Below the pieces are notes generated by a model. The model was given only the letters and a program-made list of their open reading frames with translations, was not told where the DNA came from and ran no database searches. From assembly GCA_947085655.1 (NCBI GenBank), contig CAMTXH010000006.1:70498-134497 (forward strand): a DNA stretch of 64,000 nucleotides, given 5' to 3'. The translations under genes were made by a program, and so were the position numbers. Below, one piece after another: positions 54,990 to 64,000 of this stretch. Each line of letters begins with the position of its first letter. Position 1 is the first letter of the stretch. Source of the stretch: an uncultured Omnitrophica bacterium. GTDB lineage: Bacteria > Omnitrophota > Gorgyraeia > JACQQV01.

Positions 54990-56119
54990 GGCGAAAAGCG
55001 GAGAAGGAATTCCCCGACCATCGGATCCGACAGCATAAACGCATCCTCTTTCCGCCGGACCAGTCCCTTCGTCTCAAGGCGGTAGAGAAAGTTCTTGATG
55101 TTGTCCACCGGAAAATTCCGTTTCCTTTTTTCGAAAATCATCACCTGCCTCAAATCCGAAATGGACATCGGGACCTTTTTTTCCGCCAACACCTTCAGCA
55201 CCTCATTTTCCCGGTCGCTGGCCCGCCGGATGAGGGCATGGAAATAATCCTGGCCGAGTTCGCGAAGCGACCGTTCAAAGGCCCCGTCCCATGAAGAAAG
55301 GCCCACCTTCCCTCCGATCTGCGCCTCATACAAGTGGCTGGCGAGGAGCTGGACTTCGTAAGGATGGCCCTGCGTCACGGTGAAAATCTTTTCAAGGATT
55401 TCATTCTCAAAAAACACGCCGCTTCCGGAAAGGGTTTCCCGGATAAGGTTGGAGCATGCTTCCCGGCCCAGATTCTCAACGGCCTCCCTTTTCCGGAAAA
55501 ACCGGCCCACCGGATCGTGTTTGTCCAAAAAAGTCCGCCACCCCTCCGGCGTCGTCGACAAAACGAAAAGAAAACGGCTCTTTTCCAAAACCGTCTCATG
55601 GCTGAGGGCGGCCCGGAGGATGTCGATGACCTGGGGAATCGGTCCGAAATTCTGAACGTCGTCGAGCAGAACAAGGGCCAAATCGGTGTTAAGGCGTTCC
55701 CAAAGTCCCGTTAAAAACCGGACCAGAGCGACCTGCGGCTGGTGGGAGAGACGTTTTTTGCCGGAGCGGCTTTTTTCGACCGGAAAAAGATCCCGGTCGG
55801 CCGGCAACGTCGGAAATCCGAGAAGAATCTCTTCCATGAGGAGAGAAATTCCTTCTTCAAGATGGGCTTTCTCAGGAAACCGGTTGATGGCGCAAAAAGA
55901 AGCAGGGGATCCTCCCTTTTGGGCGCTTTTTTTGAATTGTTTCAGAAGAGAGGTCTTTCCGATGCCCCAGTCGCCGACTACAACCATGTGATGCGGGCGG
56001 AGTTCCCTGGCTTCCTGGAGGGTTGCCTGAAAACGGACAAGGGTTTCCTCTCTCCCTCCGAAGACCTTCGGTTCCCAGCCGGATTGGGGCGTGAAAGGAT
56101 TTGCTGCAATTACTTCCAT
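54986..56119 (-). CDS. STAND-like AAA ATPase with C-terminal wHTH
   Basis: NPF.P, GRE, GDWGIGKTS, LLDDVQ, GHPY..Q. Confidence 0.85.
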   Translation of the reverse strand: MEVIAANPFTPQSGWEPKVFGGREETLVRFQATLQEARELRPHHMVVVGDWGIGKTSLLKQFKKSAQKGGSPASFCAINRFPEKAHLEEGISLLMEEILLGFPTLPADRDLFPVEKSRSGKKRLSHQPQVALVRFLTGLWERLNTDLALVLLDDVQNFGPIPQVIDILRAALSHETVLEKSRFLFVLSTTPEGWRTFLDKHDPVGRFFRKREAVENLGREACSNLIRETLSGSGVFFENEILEKIFTVTQGHPYEVQLLASHLYEAQIGGKVGLSSWDGAFERSLRELGQDYFHALIRRASDRENEVLKVLAEKKVPMSISDLRQVMIFEKRKRNFPVDNIKNFLYRLETKGLVRRKEDAFMLSDPMVGEFLLRFSP

Positions 56120-56853
56120 TTTGGATTCCTTTCAAGCCATTCCCGCAGTTCGATGGATTGGCCGGTCACTTTTTTGGAGGAATCCGAGCCGAGATAGACA
56201 AAAAGGCCGGCAATGTCATCGGGTGTCGGAAGCGCTTTCGGATTTTCATCCGGATAGGCCATCGCCCGCATCGCTGTGCGGGTCCCTCCCGGATTCACCG
56301 CATTCACCCGGATGCCGTGTTCCAGGACCTCCTCTGCCATCGCTTGCATCATGCCTTCGATGCCGAATTTGGAGACGGCGTAAGGTCCCCAATAGGGGGC
56401 GGGTCGCTTCCCGGCACCGGATGAAATCAAAATGACCGACCCTGATTTTTGTTGCATCATCACCTTGAGCGCCTCACGGGCAGGGAGAAAACTCCCTTTT
56501 AGATTCACTGCCATCGTTCGTTCCCAATCCTCTTCCGTGACCTCCGTCAAAGGGGCGCGGGGAGTTAGGATTCCGGCTGAAGTAACGAGAATATCAATGG
56601 CCTTAAAAGCGCTCTTTGCCGCCTGCATGAGTTGGATGGCATCCTGTTCCACAGAGACATCAGTTACCACCGCAAGGGTCTCTCCCCCCTCTCGTTTGAT
56701 CGCTTGGGCCACTTTCTGGAGGGCATCCGGATAGCGGCTGGCAAGAACCACTTTTGCCCCTTCCTGGGCATACCGGCGCGCCACCGCCTCCCCGATCCCG
56801 CGGCTCGCCCCTGTAATCACAGCTACTTTACCTTGAAGATTTTTCTCTTTCAT
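56110..56853 (-). CDS. Short-chain dehydrogenase (YciK-like)
   Basis: TGASRGIG, YAVSK, NPGGTRTAMRA. Confidence 0.92.
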   Translation of the reverse strand: MKEKNLQGKVAVITGASRGIGEAVARRYAQEGAKVVLASRYPDALQKVAQAIKREGGETLAVVTDVSVEQDAIQLMQAAKSAFKAIDILVTSAGILTPRAPLTEVTEEDWERTMAVNLKGSFLPAREALKVMMQQKSGSVILISSGAGKRPAPYWGPYAVSKFGIEGMMQAMAEEVLEHGIRVNAVNPGGTRTAMRAMAYPDENPKALPTPDDIAGLFVYLGSDSSKKVTGQSIELREWLERNPKWK

Positions 56854-56883
56854 AACCTGTTGTCCCACATTATAAAACAAAAC

Positions 56884-57014
56884 GGGTACAAAATCAAGTA
56901 CTTTTTGTACCCTTTGTACCCGAGGGACGTTTCTACACCTGGCTCCAATCTGTCCCCGGCATCTGCCCTATCGCAGGCCGGGGACAGGTTGGGGACAGAA
57001 CTAGAAACGTCCCT
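56884..57014. repeat. Nested palindromic intergenic element
   Basis: AGGGACGTTTCTA/TAGAAACGTCCCT enclosing CTGTCCCCGGC/GCCGGGGACAG; adjacent GGGTACAAAA/TTTTGTACCC. Confidence 0.7.
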
Positions 57015-58041
57015 AAACTTTCAGGATTAACTTACCGAAGAGGTTGCGGCTTTCCATCTTTTCATGGGCCTTCGCCGCTTCTTTTAAAGGGAAGATGGAA
57101 TCGACCACCGGCTTCACTTTCCCGGATGCAGCCAACCGGAGGACCTTCCGGAGTTCCCGCTCCCCTCCCATGGTGGAACCAAGAATGGAAAACTGTTTGA
57201 AAAAAAGGAACCGGAGGTCCATTTCTACTTTAGGACCGCTTGTCGTCCCGCAGGTGACAAGACGGCCCCCTTTCGCAAGACAGGCCAAACTCCCGGTCCA
57301 GGTTTCCGGTCCAATATGCTCCAAGACAACCTCCACTCCTTTTCCTTTGGTCAGACGCTTGACCTCTTCGGCAAAATCGCTTTTTTTGTAGTTGATAACC
57401 CCCCAGGCTCCGAGTTTTTTCGCCTTGGCCAGTTTTTCATCCGACCCGGCCGTTGTGATGACGCGGGCACCCGCCTGTCGTGCCAGCTGAATCGCCGCGC
57501 TCCCGACCCCGCTCCCCGCTCCATGAATCAAAACTGTCTCTCCTTTTTTAAGACCGGCGCGGGTGATGAGCATATGATGAGCCGTCAAAAAGACAAGCGG
57601 GACCGCCGCCCACTCTTCAAAAGAAAGACCCGGCGGAACAGGAATGACATTTCTTGCCTTCGTCACAAAATATTCGGCGTTTCCGCCATCGCGGACATAA
57701 CCGAGAATCTGATACGAAGGGCAGAGACTTGTCTGATCTGTGCGGCAAAAGGAACACTTTCCGCATCCGCTTCCGGGCGAGATGACCACCGCCGTTCCTA
57801 CTTTGGGGCGCGTGACTCCCTTCCCCAGTTTGTCCACCACGCCGGAAATATCCGAACCGAGAATATGCGGGAGGGGAATCGTGATTCCGGGAAGCCCCAT
57901 TCGGAGCCAAAGATCCAAATGATTGAGAGCGCACGCTTTCACGCGGATCCGGATCTCCCCCGCCTTTGGTTCAGGGGTCGGCCGTTCCCCGTATTCCAAA
58001 ACCTCCGGGCCTCCGTGGCGGGAAATAAAAACGGCTTTCAC
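57013..58041 (-). CDS. Zinc-binding alcohol dehydrogenase/quinone oxidoreductase
   Basis: CGKCSFC..C, GAGSGVG, GKLIL. Confidence 0.93.
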   Translation of the reverse strand: MKAVFISRHGGPEVLEYGERPTPEPKAGEIRIRVKACALNHLDLWLRMGLPGITIPLPHILGSDISGVVDKLGKGVTRPKVGTAVVISPGSGCGKCSFCRTDQTSLCPSYQILGYVRDGGNAEYFVTKARNVIPVPPGLSFEEWAAVPLVFLTAHHMLITRAGLKKGETVLIHGAGSGVGSAAIQLARQAGARVITTAGSDEKLAKAKKLGAWGVINYKKSDFAEEVKRLTKGKGVEVVLEHIGPETWTGSLACLAKGGRLVTCGTTSGPKVEMDLRFLFFKQFSILGSTMGGERELRKVLRLAASGKVKPVVDSIFPLKEAAKAHEKMESRNLFGKLILKV

Positions 58042-58988
58042 GAAGCGGACTCCTTCAGTGAAGTATCAAAGATCTGGTAAAGTTCCTCAAGATCTTCCGG
58101 TTTGAGAGCTCCCCTCTCATGGGCCCGGATATTCTCCTCAACTTGCTCCGGAGTCTTCGCCCCCGGAATAACGACGGAGACCTCCCCACGGGAAAGGACA
58201 AATTTAAGCGCCACCTGGGCAAGAGTAGTCTTGTACCGGTCTGCCATGAACTTCACCGCTTCCACCTCTTCCAGTTCTTCCTTTAACTCCTCTTTGGTCC
58301 ACCGCTTTCGGTGATCGTTTTTCCCGAAGACCGAATCCTTTGTATATTTTCCCGTCAAAAACCCGCACGCAAGGGGCTCGCGGGCGATCACTCCGACATT
58401 TTTCTTTTTTGCAAGCGGGAGAATTTGCGGGCGAACCTCCTGCTCAATCATGTTATATACAAGCTGTACCGTATCGGACCCTCCGGACAAAATGACCTCC
58501 TTTGCCTCATCCACTTCATGAATCGAAATGCCGACAAAGCGTGTTTTTCCCTCCCGCTTGAACTCATCCAGCGTCTTGAAAATTTCCCCTTCCCGGATCG
58601 TCTCAAGATCCGGATTGTGAAGATGATAAATATCGACGTAGTCCGTCTTGAGCCGTTTCAAACTCTGGTGAAGCGCTTCCTTTAAATAGGAAGCTCCCAT
58701 CTCTTTTTTCCGCTCCTTTCCGTGATAAAAGTCCCATCCCCCCTTGGTGGCGATGAAGAGTTCTTTTCGAATACCCTGGAAGAGTTTGCCGAGGAGTTGT
58801 TCGCTGTGGCCGTTTCCGTAGATATCGGCCGTGTCAAAAAAATTGACACCGAGATCGAGTGCTCTTTTTACCGCCCGGCTGGAGACACGGTCATCGGTAG
58901 AGCCGTAACTTGTCCCCCCGATTGCCCAAGCCCCGAAACCGATCTCGGAAACGTCAAGGTTCGTCCGTCCAAGTTTCCGGAATTTCAT
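58038..58988 (-). CDS. Aldo/keto reductase
   Basis: DTADIYG, ATK, SLKRLKTDYVD, IPG. Confidence 0.94.
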   Translation of the reverse strand: MKFRKLGRTNLDVSEIGFGAWAIGGTSYGSTDDRVSSRAVKRALDLGVNFFDTADIYGNGHSEQLLGKLFQGIRKELFIATKGGWDFYHGKERKKEMGASYLKEALHQSLKRLKTDYVDIYHLHNPDLETIREGEIFKTLDEFKREGKTRFVGISIHEVDEAKEVILSGGSDTVQLVYNMIEQEVRPQILPLAKKKNVGVIAREPLACGFLTGKYTKDSVFGKNDHRKRWTKEELKEELEEVEAVKFMADRYKTTLAQVALKFVLSRGEVSVVIPGAKTPEQVEENIRAHERGALKPEDLEELYQIFDTSLKESAS

Positions 58989-59373
58989 CCGCAAATGGTT
59001 TTTCCTCCCCCGGTTTTTTAAGAAAAAAGAGTTGCGGAAACTCCTGAAGCGGTTCCTGACGCGCAAGGCGTTCCTGAAGGGTCTGAAATGTTTTCAGAAA
59101 TGCCTCGACGTCCACTCCCCAGTAGCCGCGGCGGAAGGATTGGAGTTTCTCAACCGAACTTCCGTAAAGATCACCGCCGGTTCCCTCCCCCTTCTGAACG
59201 TGCACCAAGAAAGCGGCCGCCTGAATCAACCCCTGAAGGAACCGCTTGTCCTCCTCGTCGGCGGTATTTCTCCAGATCTCCTCCCATGCCTCGTGCGCTT
59301 CAAAAAATTTCTCTCGGTTAAAATAGTTGATTCCCTTATGGTAATTTTCCCAGTCTTCCGGCTCGTACTTCAT
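58954..59373 (-). CDS. DUF309 protein
   Basis: FN..FFEAHE.WE..W, QGLIQ. Confidence 0.9.
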   Translation of the reverse strand: MKYEPEDWENYHKGINYFNREKFFEAHEAWEEIWRNTADEEDKRFLQGLIQAAAFLVHVQKGEGTGGDLYGSSVEKLQSFRRGYWGVDVEAFLKTFQTLQERLARQEPLQEFPQLFFLKKPGEEKPFADEIPETWTDEP

Positions 59374-59954
59374 TAAAAATCAATCCCCCTCTGGGCCACA
59401 ATCCCCTTCCGGAAGGGGTGTTTCACTTCTTTCATTTCGGTGACAAGGTCGGCGACGGCTACGAGCTCCTTCGGCGCGTTCCGTCCCGTCAAAACCAGAT
59501 GAAGCGGGGCCGGTTTCTGTTTGATAAAATCGATCACTTCCCGCTTCTTCAAAAATCCGTATCCCAGCACGTAGTTGATTTCATCCAGAATGACCACATC
59601 GTATTTCCCGCTCAAAATCGCCTCTTTGGAAAAGCGCCAAGTCTGTTCGGAAAGAGCCACATCCCTTGACCGGTCCTTCGTCTCCCAGGTAAAACCCTCC
59701 CCCATCTGAAGAATCGTGAAGCGCTCCGGAAACTGCTTAGCCGATTCCAATTCGCCATATTTCCAGCTTCCCTTCATGAATTGAATCATGAGAACCTTCA
59801 TGCCGGCACCGAGCGCCCGGAAAGCAAGGCCGAGGGCGGCGGTCGTCTTCCCCTTCCCCGGTCCGGTGTAAACAAGGATGAGGCCTTTCTTCCGGGGGGC
59901 TTTGAGGATTTTACGCTTATCGATTTTCCGCGTGCGCGGCACTCTGACGGCCAA
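59373..59954 (-). CDS. cobO: Cob(I)alamin adenosyltransferase
   Basis: YTGPGKGKTTAA, QFMKG, LDE, LTGR, KHPF..G..AQRGIDF. Confidence 0.93.
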   Translation of the reverse strand: MAVRVPRTRKIDKRKILKAPRKKGLILVYTGPGKGKTTAALGLAFRALGAGMKVLMIQFMKGSWKYGELESAKQFPERFTILQMGEGFTWETKDRSRDVALSEQTWRFSKEAILSGKYDVVILDEINYVLGYGFLKKREVIDFIKQKPAPLHLVLTGRNAPKELVAVADLVTEMKEVKHPFRKGIVAQRGIDF

Positions 59955-60840
59955 GGTAGTCCTTCATCCCTTCCTGGGTGGTGAATTGAGGCCGGTATCC
60001 GATCAGGGAGCGGGCCTCGGTCAGGTCCGCTTCCGTGTAATCCTGGTAGAAGGCGTAAGGGTTGTCAAAATACTCCGGCTTGTGGAAGGTCCCGAGAATT
60101 TCATTTAATGTCCGGATCACTTCGTTGAAAGAGACCGCTTTGCCGGTCCCCACATTCACAATGCCGCTTTTTCCGGATTGAAAAGCAAGGAGATTCGCCC
60201 GGACCGCATCCTTGACATACACAAAATCCCGCTTCTGTTCCCCATGTTTAAAAATACGCGGCCTCCTCCCGGATTTCATCTGTGCGGCGAGCTTGGAAAC
60301 CATACTGGTGGCGTTTCCCTTGTAGGATTCGCGGGGACCAAAAACATTAAAGTAGCGAAGCCCGACAATCGGCGGGTAGGTCTTCTGACGAATCGCCCGG
60401 ATCGCCATCTCGTCCATCCTGGCTTTGGAAACGCCGTAACAGTTGGTCGGCTGGGAGGGTTGGGATTCCCTCATAGGGGCTTGTCCTTTTCCGTAAACAG
60501 CGGCGGAGGAGGCGTAAATCACGGGTGCAGCGAGTTTTTTTGCAAAATCAAGAAGGGGCTGAAATCCGTCGACATTGGCGCGGAACATTTTTTTCTCATC
60601 CGTGACGGTGGTGTCGGTAATTGCCGCCTGATGAAAAATGGCATCGAGCGCTTTGAATTTGGAAGCGAAATTGAAAGAGGTCACATCCGCACGGATCACC
60701 TCCCCCCGGAAACCTTTGAGATTGTTTTCATTTCCGGACGAAAAATCATCCAAAACGGTGACAGTGTGTCCCTCGTTTTCAAGAAAGAGGGCCAAATTCG
60801 AGCCGATAAATCCGGCGCCGCCCGTCACAAGTACCTTCAT
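59917..60840 (-). CDS. hldD: ADP-glycero-manno-heptose 6-epimerase
   Basis: TGGAGFIGS, HQAAITDTT, YGVSK, LRYFNVFGPRE, RDFVYV. Confidence 0.85.
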   Translation of the reverse strand: MKVLVTGGAGFIGSNLALFLENEGHTVTVLDDFSSGNENNLKGFRGEVIRADVTSFNFASKFKALDAIFHQAAITDTTVTDEKKMFRANVDGFQPLLDFAKKLAAPVIYASSAAVYGKGQAPMRESQPSQPTNCYGVSKARMDEMAIRAIRQKTYPPIVGLRYFNVFGPRESYKGNATSMVSKLAAQMKSGRRPRIFKHGEQKRDFVYVKDAVRANLLAFQSGKSGIVNVGTGKAVSFNEVIRTLNEILGTFHKPEYFDNPYAFYQDYTEADLTEARSLIGYRPQFTTQEGMKDYLGRQSAAHAENR

Positions 60841-61463
60841 TGCTTCACACTCACGCTCACCCCGTCCCGAAGCGGGAGGATCGTTGTGAAAAGACCGTTT
60901 GTTTCGTAAATCAGCCGGGTGAATTCGCGGATTCCTTCCGTTGTCGCGTCCCGATCCCTGGTCATGACTTTCCCGAACCAGAGGATGTTGTCCGCGATTA
61001 AAAGACCTCCTTTGCGCAGTTTCGGGAGCGCCTTCCGGAAGGCAACCGGATAATCTTCCTTGTTGATATCGATGAAAATCAGATCGAAAGGGCCGGGGTA
61101 ACGGTCAATGACTTCAAGGGCATTCCCGACTTCGACCTTGATCCGTTCCTCCACCTCTCCCTTTTTAAAAAAGTTCTTCGCTTTCTCTGTCAATTTCGGG
61201 GACCCTTCCGTGAACACGACCTTCCCGTCCCCCGGAACGGCCTTCGCAAACCAGTAGGCGGAGTAGCCGAAGCCGCTTCCCATTTCAAAAATGTACTTCG
61301 CTTTAATAGAAAAAGCGAGTTGAAAAAGGAAACGTCCGACGAGGGGACCGACCATCGGGAAGTCAAGGGACGCTCCATACGCCTCCATCTCTTTGAGGAG
61401 GGCGTCCTCCTCGGGAAGGAGCTGATACAGGTATTTCTCCACGCGGGGATGGACCAATTCCAT
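60837..61463 (-). CDS. O-methyltransferase family 3
   Basis: EMGSGFGYS, FIDINKEDY, ADNILW, DG. Confidence 0.92.
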   Translation of the reverse strand: MELVHPRVEKYLYQLLPEEDALLKEMEAYGASLDFPMVGPLVGRFLFQLAFSIKAKYIFEMGSGFGYSAYWFAKAVPGDGKVVFTEGSPKLTEKAKNFFKKGEVEERIKVEVGNALEVIDRYPGPFDLIFIDINKEDYPVAFRKALPKLRKGGLLIADNILWFGKVMTRDRDATTEGIREFTRLIYETNGLFTTILPLRDGVSVSVKQ

Positions 61464-61560
61464 GGAGCGATTTTACCATAAAAGGAAAAATTGAGACAAC
61501 CACTCTTTTGCGTGAATCGATCTGCCTTGCGTGGTATAATGAGGTAAAAGGAGGAAAGCC

Positions 61561-61671
61561 ATGAATATTTTCGGTATTGTCCTGATTGTGATTATCGCCG
61601 CGGGTCTTCTTTTCTGGAAAAAATGCGGCGGCGGTTGCGGAATGAAGAAAAAGGGAGACGAACATAAGTGA
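61561..61671 (+). CDS. 36-aa membrane peptide with a CGGGCG motif
   Basis: AGGAGGA RBS; MNIFGIVLIVIIAAGLLFWKKCGGGCGMKKKGDEHK*; GTGA overlap with nth. Confidence 0.7.
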   Translation: MNIFGIVLIVIIAAGLLFWKKCGGGCGMKKKGDEHK

Positions 61672-62297
61672 CCTCCCGGGAACGGGCCCAGAAAATTTTT
61701 GCCATTCTCAAAAAGGAGATTCCGGACGCCCGCTGTGCCCTGAACCATAAGAACCCCCTGGAGCTTCTGGTGGCAACGATTCTCTCCGCCCAATGCACTG
61801 ATAAGCGGGTGAACGAGGTCACGAAGACACTCTTCAAAAAATACAAATCCGCAAAAGATTACGCCACCGCTTCCCCAAAGACCTTCGAACAGGAAATCCG
61901 CTCAACCGGTTTTTACCAGAACAAAACCAAAAGTATCATCAACTGCTGTAAAAAACTCGTCGAAAACCACAACGGCCAAGTCCCGAAGACGATGGAGGAA
62001 TTGACCCCGCTTCCGGGTATCGGGCGGAAAACCGCCAATGTCATTTTAGGGACCGCTTTCGGCATTCCCGGTATTGTGGTGGACACGCATGTGAAACGGT
62101 TAAGCCAACGGATGGGGCTGACGGACAAAAAGGACCCGGACAAAATCGAATTCGATCTGATGGAACTGATTCCTCAGAAGGAGTGGACCTTATTTTCGCA
62201 TACGCTGATCTGGCATGGACGGCAGACCTGTCATGCCCTTAAGCCCGATTGTCCCGCCTGTAGGGTCAATCGGCTCTGTCCGTCCTCAACAGTGTAA
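61668..62297 (+). CDS. nth: Endonuclease III
   Basis: LSAQCTD, LPGIGRKTA, VDTHV, C-x6-C-x2-C-x5-C. Confidence 0.97.
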   Translation: MTSRERAQKIFAILKKEIPDARCALNHKNPLELLVATILSAQCTDKRVNEVTKTLFKKYKSAKDYATASPKTFEQEIRSTGFYQNKTKSIINCCKKLVENHNGQVPKTMEELTPLPGIGRKTANVILGTAFGIPGIVVDTHVKRLSQRMGLTDKKDPDKIEFDLMELIPQKEWTLFSHTLIWHGRQTCHALKPDCPACRVNRLCPSSTV

Positions 62298-62313
62298 AGG
62301 GAGGAAATGAATC

Positions 62314-63006
62314 ATGAAAATTGGTGTGATGTTGTCCGGGTGCGGCGTGATGGATGGTTCGGAAATCCACGAATCGATCCTCACTCTCTTGGCGATTGAC
62401 CGGGCCGGGGCCGAAGCAATCTGCATGGCACCGAACATCGAACAGAAAGAGGTCATCGACCATCTGGCCAACAAGCCGGAAAACGAAAAAAGAAATGTCC
62501 TCAAGGAGGCGGCCCGGATCGCCCGAGGAAAAATCCGGGATGTGAAAACGGTAAAAGCGAATGAACTCGACGCCCTCATCTTTCCGGGCGGATACGGGGC
62601 GGCGAAGAATCTCTGCGATTTTGCTACCGAGGGAAAAGACGCAAAGGTCCACCCGGACGTGGCGCATCTTGTGACCAACATCGTTCAGGCAAAAAAGCCG
62701 GTCGGTGCCATCTGTATTGCCCCGGCGCTCATGGCGGCCATCTATAGGGGAAAGCAAAAGGTCCGCCTGACCATCGGAACCGACAGGGAAACAGCGGCAC
62801 AGCTTGAGGCGATGGGGGCTGAACATCAGAACTGCCCGGTCCGGGAATTGGTGATGGACCGCGAAAACAGACTCGTGACAACGCCCGCCTATATGCTTGC
62901 CAACCGGATCTCGGAAGCGGCCGAAGGAATAGAGAAGCTGGTCAAGGCCGTCATTGAACTCGCCGGAGAAGAAGCTTGGACAAAAAAGAGGTTGCTTCAG
63001 TCTTAG
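62314..63006 (+). CDS. elbB: Glyoxalase ElbB (DJ-1/PfpI family)
   Basis: LSGCGVMDGSEIHE, ARIARG, PGGYGAAKNL, TTPAYM. Confidence 0.95.
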   Translation: MKIGVMLSGCGVMDGSEIHESILTLLAIDRAGAEAICMAPNIEQKEVIDHLANKPENEKRNVLKEAARIARGKIRDVKTVKANELDALIFPGGYGAAKNLCDFATEGKDAKVHPDVAHLVTNIVQAKKPVGAICIAPALMAAIYRGKQKVRLTIGTDRETAAQLEAMGAEHQNCPVRELVMDRENRLVTTPAYMLANRISEAAEGIEKLVKAVIELAGEEAWTKKRLLQS

Positions 63007-64000
63007 AAGAGATCGGAACCCTCCTTGAATTGAAGAATGAAAATGTGTTCAAAGTGAGAGCCTATTACAACGCCGCCCGGACGATCGAAGGGCTTTCCGA
63101 AGATCTGGAAACACTCGTTAAGGAAAAACGCCTCCGGGAAATAAAGGGGGTGGGGGAAGGGCTTTCGGAGAAAATTACGGAACTTGTCACGACTGGAAAA
63201 TTGAAATATTACGACTCACTCAAAAAGAGTCTCCCCGCGGGCCTTCTGGAGATGCTCGATATCCCCGGCCTCGGCCCCAAAAAGGCAAAAAAACTCCATG
63301 ACGAACTGGGGCTGAAATCGATCGGGGAACTGGAGTATGCCTGCAAGGAGAACCGTCTCCTCGAGTTGGAGGGGTTTGGCGAAAAATCGCAGGCCAAGAT
63401 CCTCGACGGTATCCGTTTCATCAAAAAACACCACGAATACCATCTCTATCCGGAGGCGTTTGAGGCGGCAGAGGAGATCTTTGACGCGCTCAAAAAGGAC
63501 AAAACGATCCGGCGGATCAGCATGGCAGGGAGTCTCCGGAGGAGAAAAGAGATCATCCGCGATGTTGATTTTGTTGTTTCCACGAAAGATCCGGAGTCGG
63601 TCGTCAAACGCTTCACTTCCCTCCCCTCCGTTGAAACCGTCCAGCAGAAAGGCGAAACCAAGGCAAGTATCCTTCTCAAATCGGGTGTTCAGGCAGACCT
63701 CCGGGTTGTTTCGGATAATGAATTTCCCTATGCCCTTCACCACTTCACCGGGAGCAAAGAACACAATATCGCCATGCGCGCACGGGCCCAGCGGATGGGC
63801 TATAAGATGAACGAATACGGCCTCTTCAAAGGAAAAAAATTGATTCCCTGTAAAGATGAGGAGGAGATTTTCAAAAAATTGGGGCTTTCCTATATCCCTC
63901 CGGAACTCCGGGAAGACATGGGCGAAATTCAGGCGGCGGAAAAAGGGAAACTTCCCCGTCTCGTTCAGCCGAAAGAGATCCAGGGCGTTTTTCACGTCCA
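62976..64000 (+). CDS. polX: DNA polymerase X / PHP exonuclease, 5' part (runs off the window)
   Basis: TTG start gives MDKKEVASVLEEIGTLLELKNENVFKVRAY; IPGLGPKK, AGSLRR..E...DVD, FTGSKEHN, PPELRE, FHV at the PHP domain start. Confidence 0.95.
   Translation, partial: MDKKEVASVLEEIGTLLELKNENVFKVRAYYNAARTIEGLSEDLETLVKEKRLREIKGVGEGLSEKITELVTTGKLKYYDSLKKSLPAGLLEMLDIPGLGPKKAKKLHDELGLKSIGELEYACKENRLLELEGFGEKSQAKILDGIRFIKKHHEYHLYPEAFEAAEEIFDALKKDKTIRRISMAGSLRRRKEIIRDVDFVVSTKDPESVVKRFTSLPSVETVQQKGETKASILLKSGVQADLRVVSDNEFPYALHHFTGSKEHNIAMRARAQRMGYKMNEYGLFKGKKLIPCKDEEEIFKKLGLSYIPPELREDMGEIQAAEKGKLPRLVQPKEIQGVFHV

Overview
Gene-dense bacterial chromosome segment. The gene set and the giant secreted protein are consistent with a PVC-group organism, probably Omnitrophota (inference, no marker-gene search run). 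Most of the window is housekeeping: prfB with its programmed frameshift, uvrC, murJ, rpsT, holA, lptE, bamD, comEC/comEA, leuS, accA, mnmE, folC, purH, pabB/C-like, ychF-like, gpmA, ogg, dcd, nth and polX. The main discovery candidate is a three-gene minus-strand operon (25569->12539) encoding secreted proteins of 862, 503 and 2968 aa with a shared architecture. Each has a signal peptide and modules separated by a short linker motif (A/V/L)-x-D-G-(G/A/S)-x-R, about 12 copies in total. Two carry a conserved N-terminal HIQDxH...GGFH domain, and two share a clearly homologous C-terminal domain. The cargo modules are normally cytoplasmic enzymes: PIG-L deacetylase, HAD, left-handed beta-helix x2 and PP2C. 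This looks like a processed polyprotein or effector system. Second, a 106-nt structured non-coding element sits behind two different tRNAs; each copy duplicates its host tRNA 3' end and carries a flank complementary to that tRNA's T-arm. Other items: a GGGACTGTCCC-repeat-bounded cassette island (AAA ATPase, MNT-HEPN) with a duplicated gene 3' end, a riboswitch-like leader before a PilZ gene, an ArsR-ddl-ddl-kamA operon, a frameshifted DUF885 gene and a small ORF missed by the ORF track.
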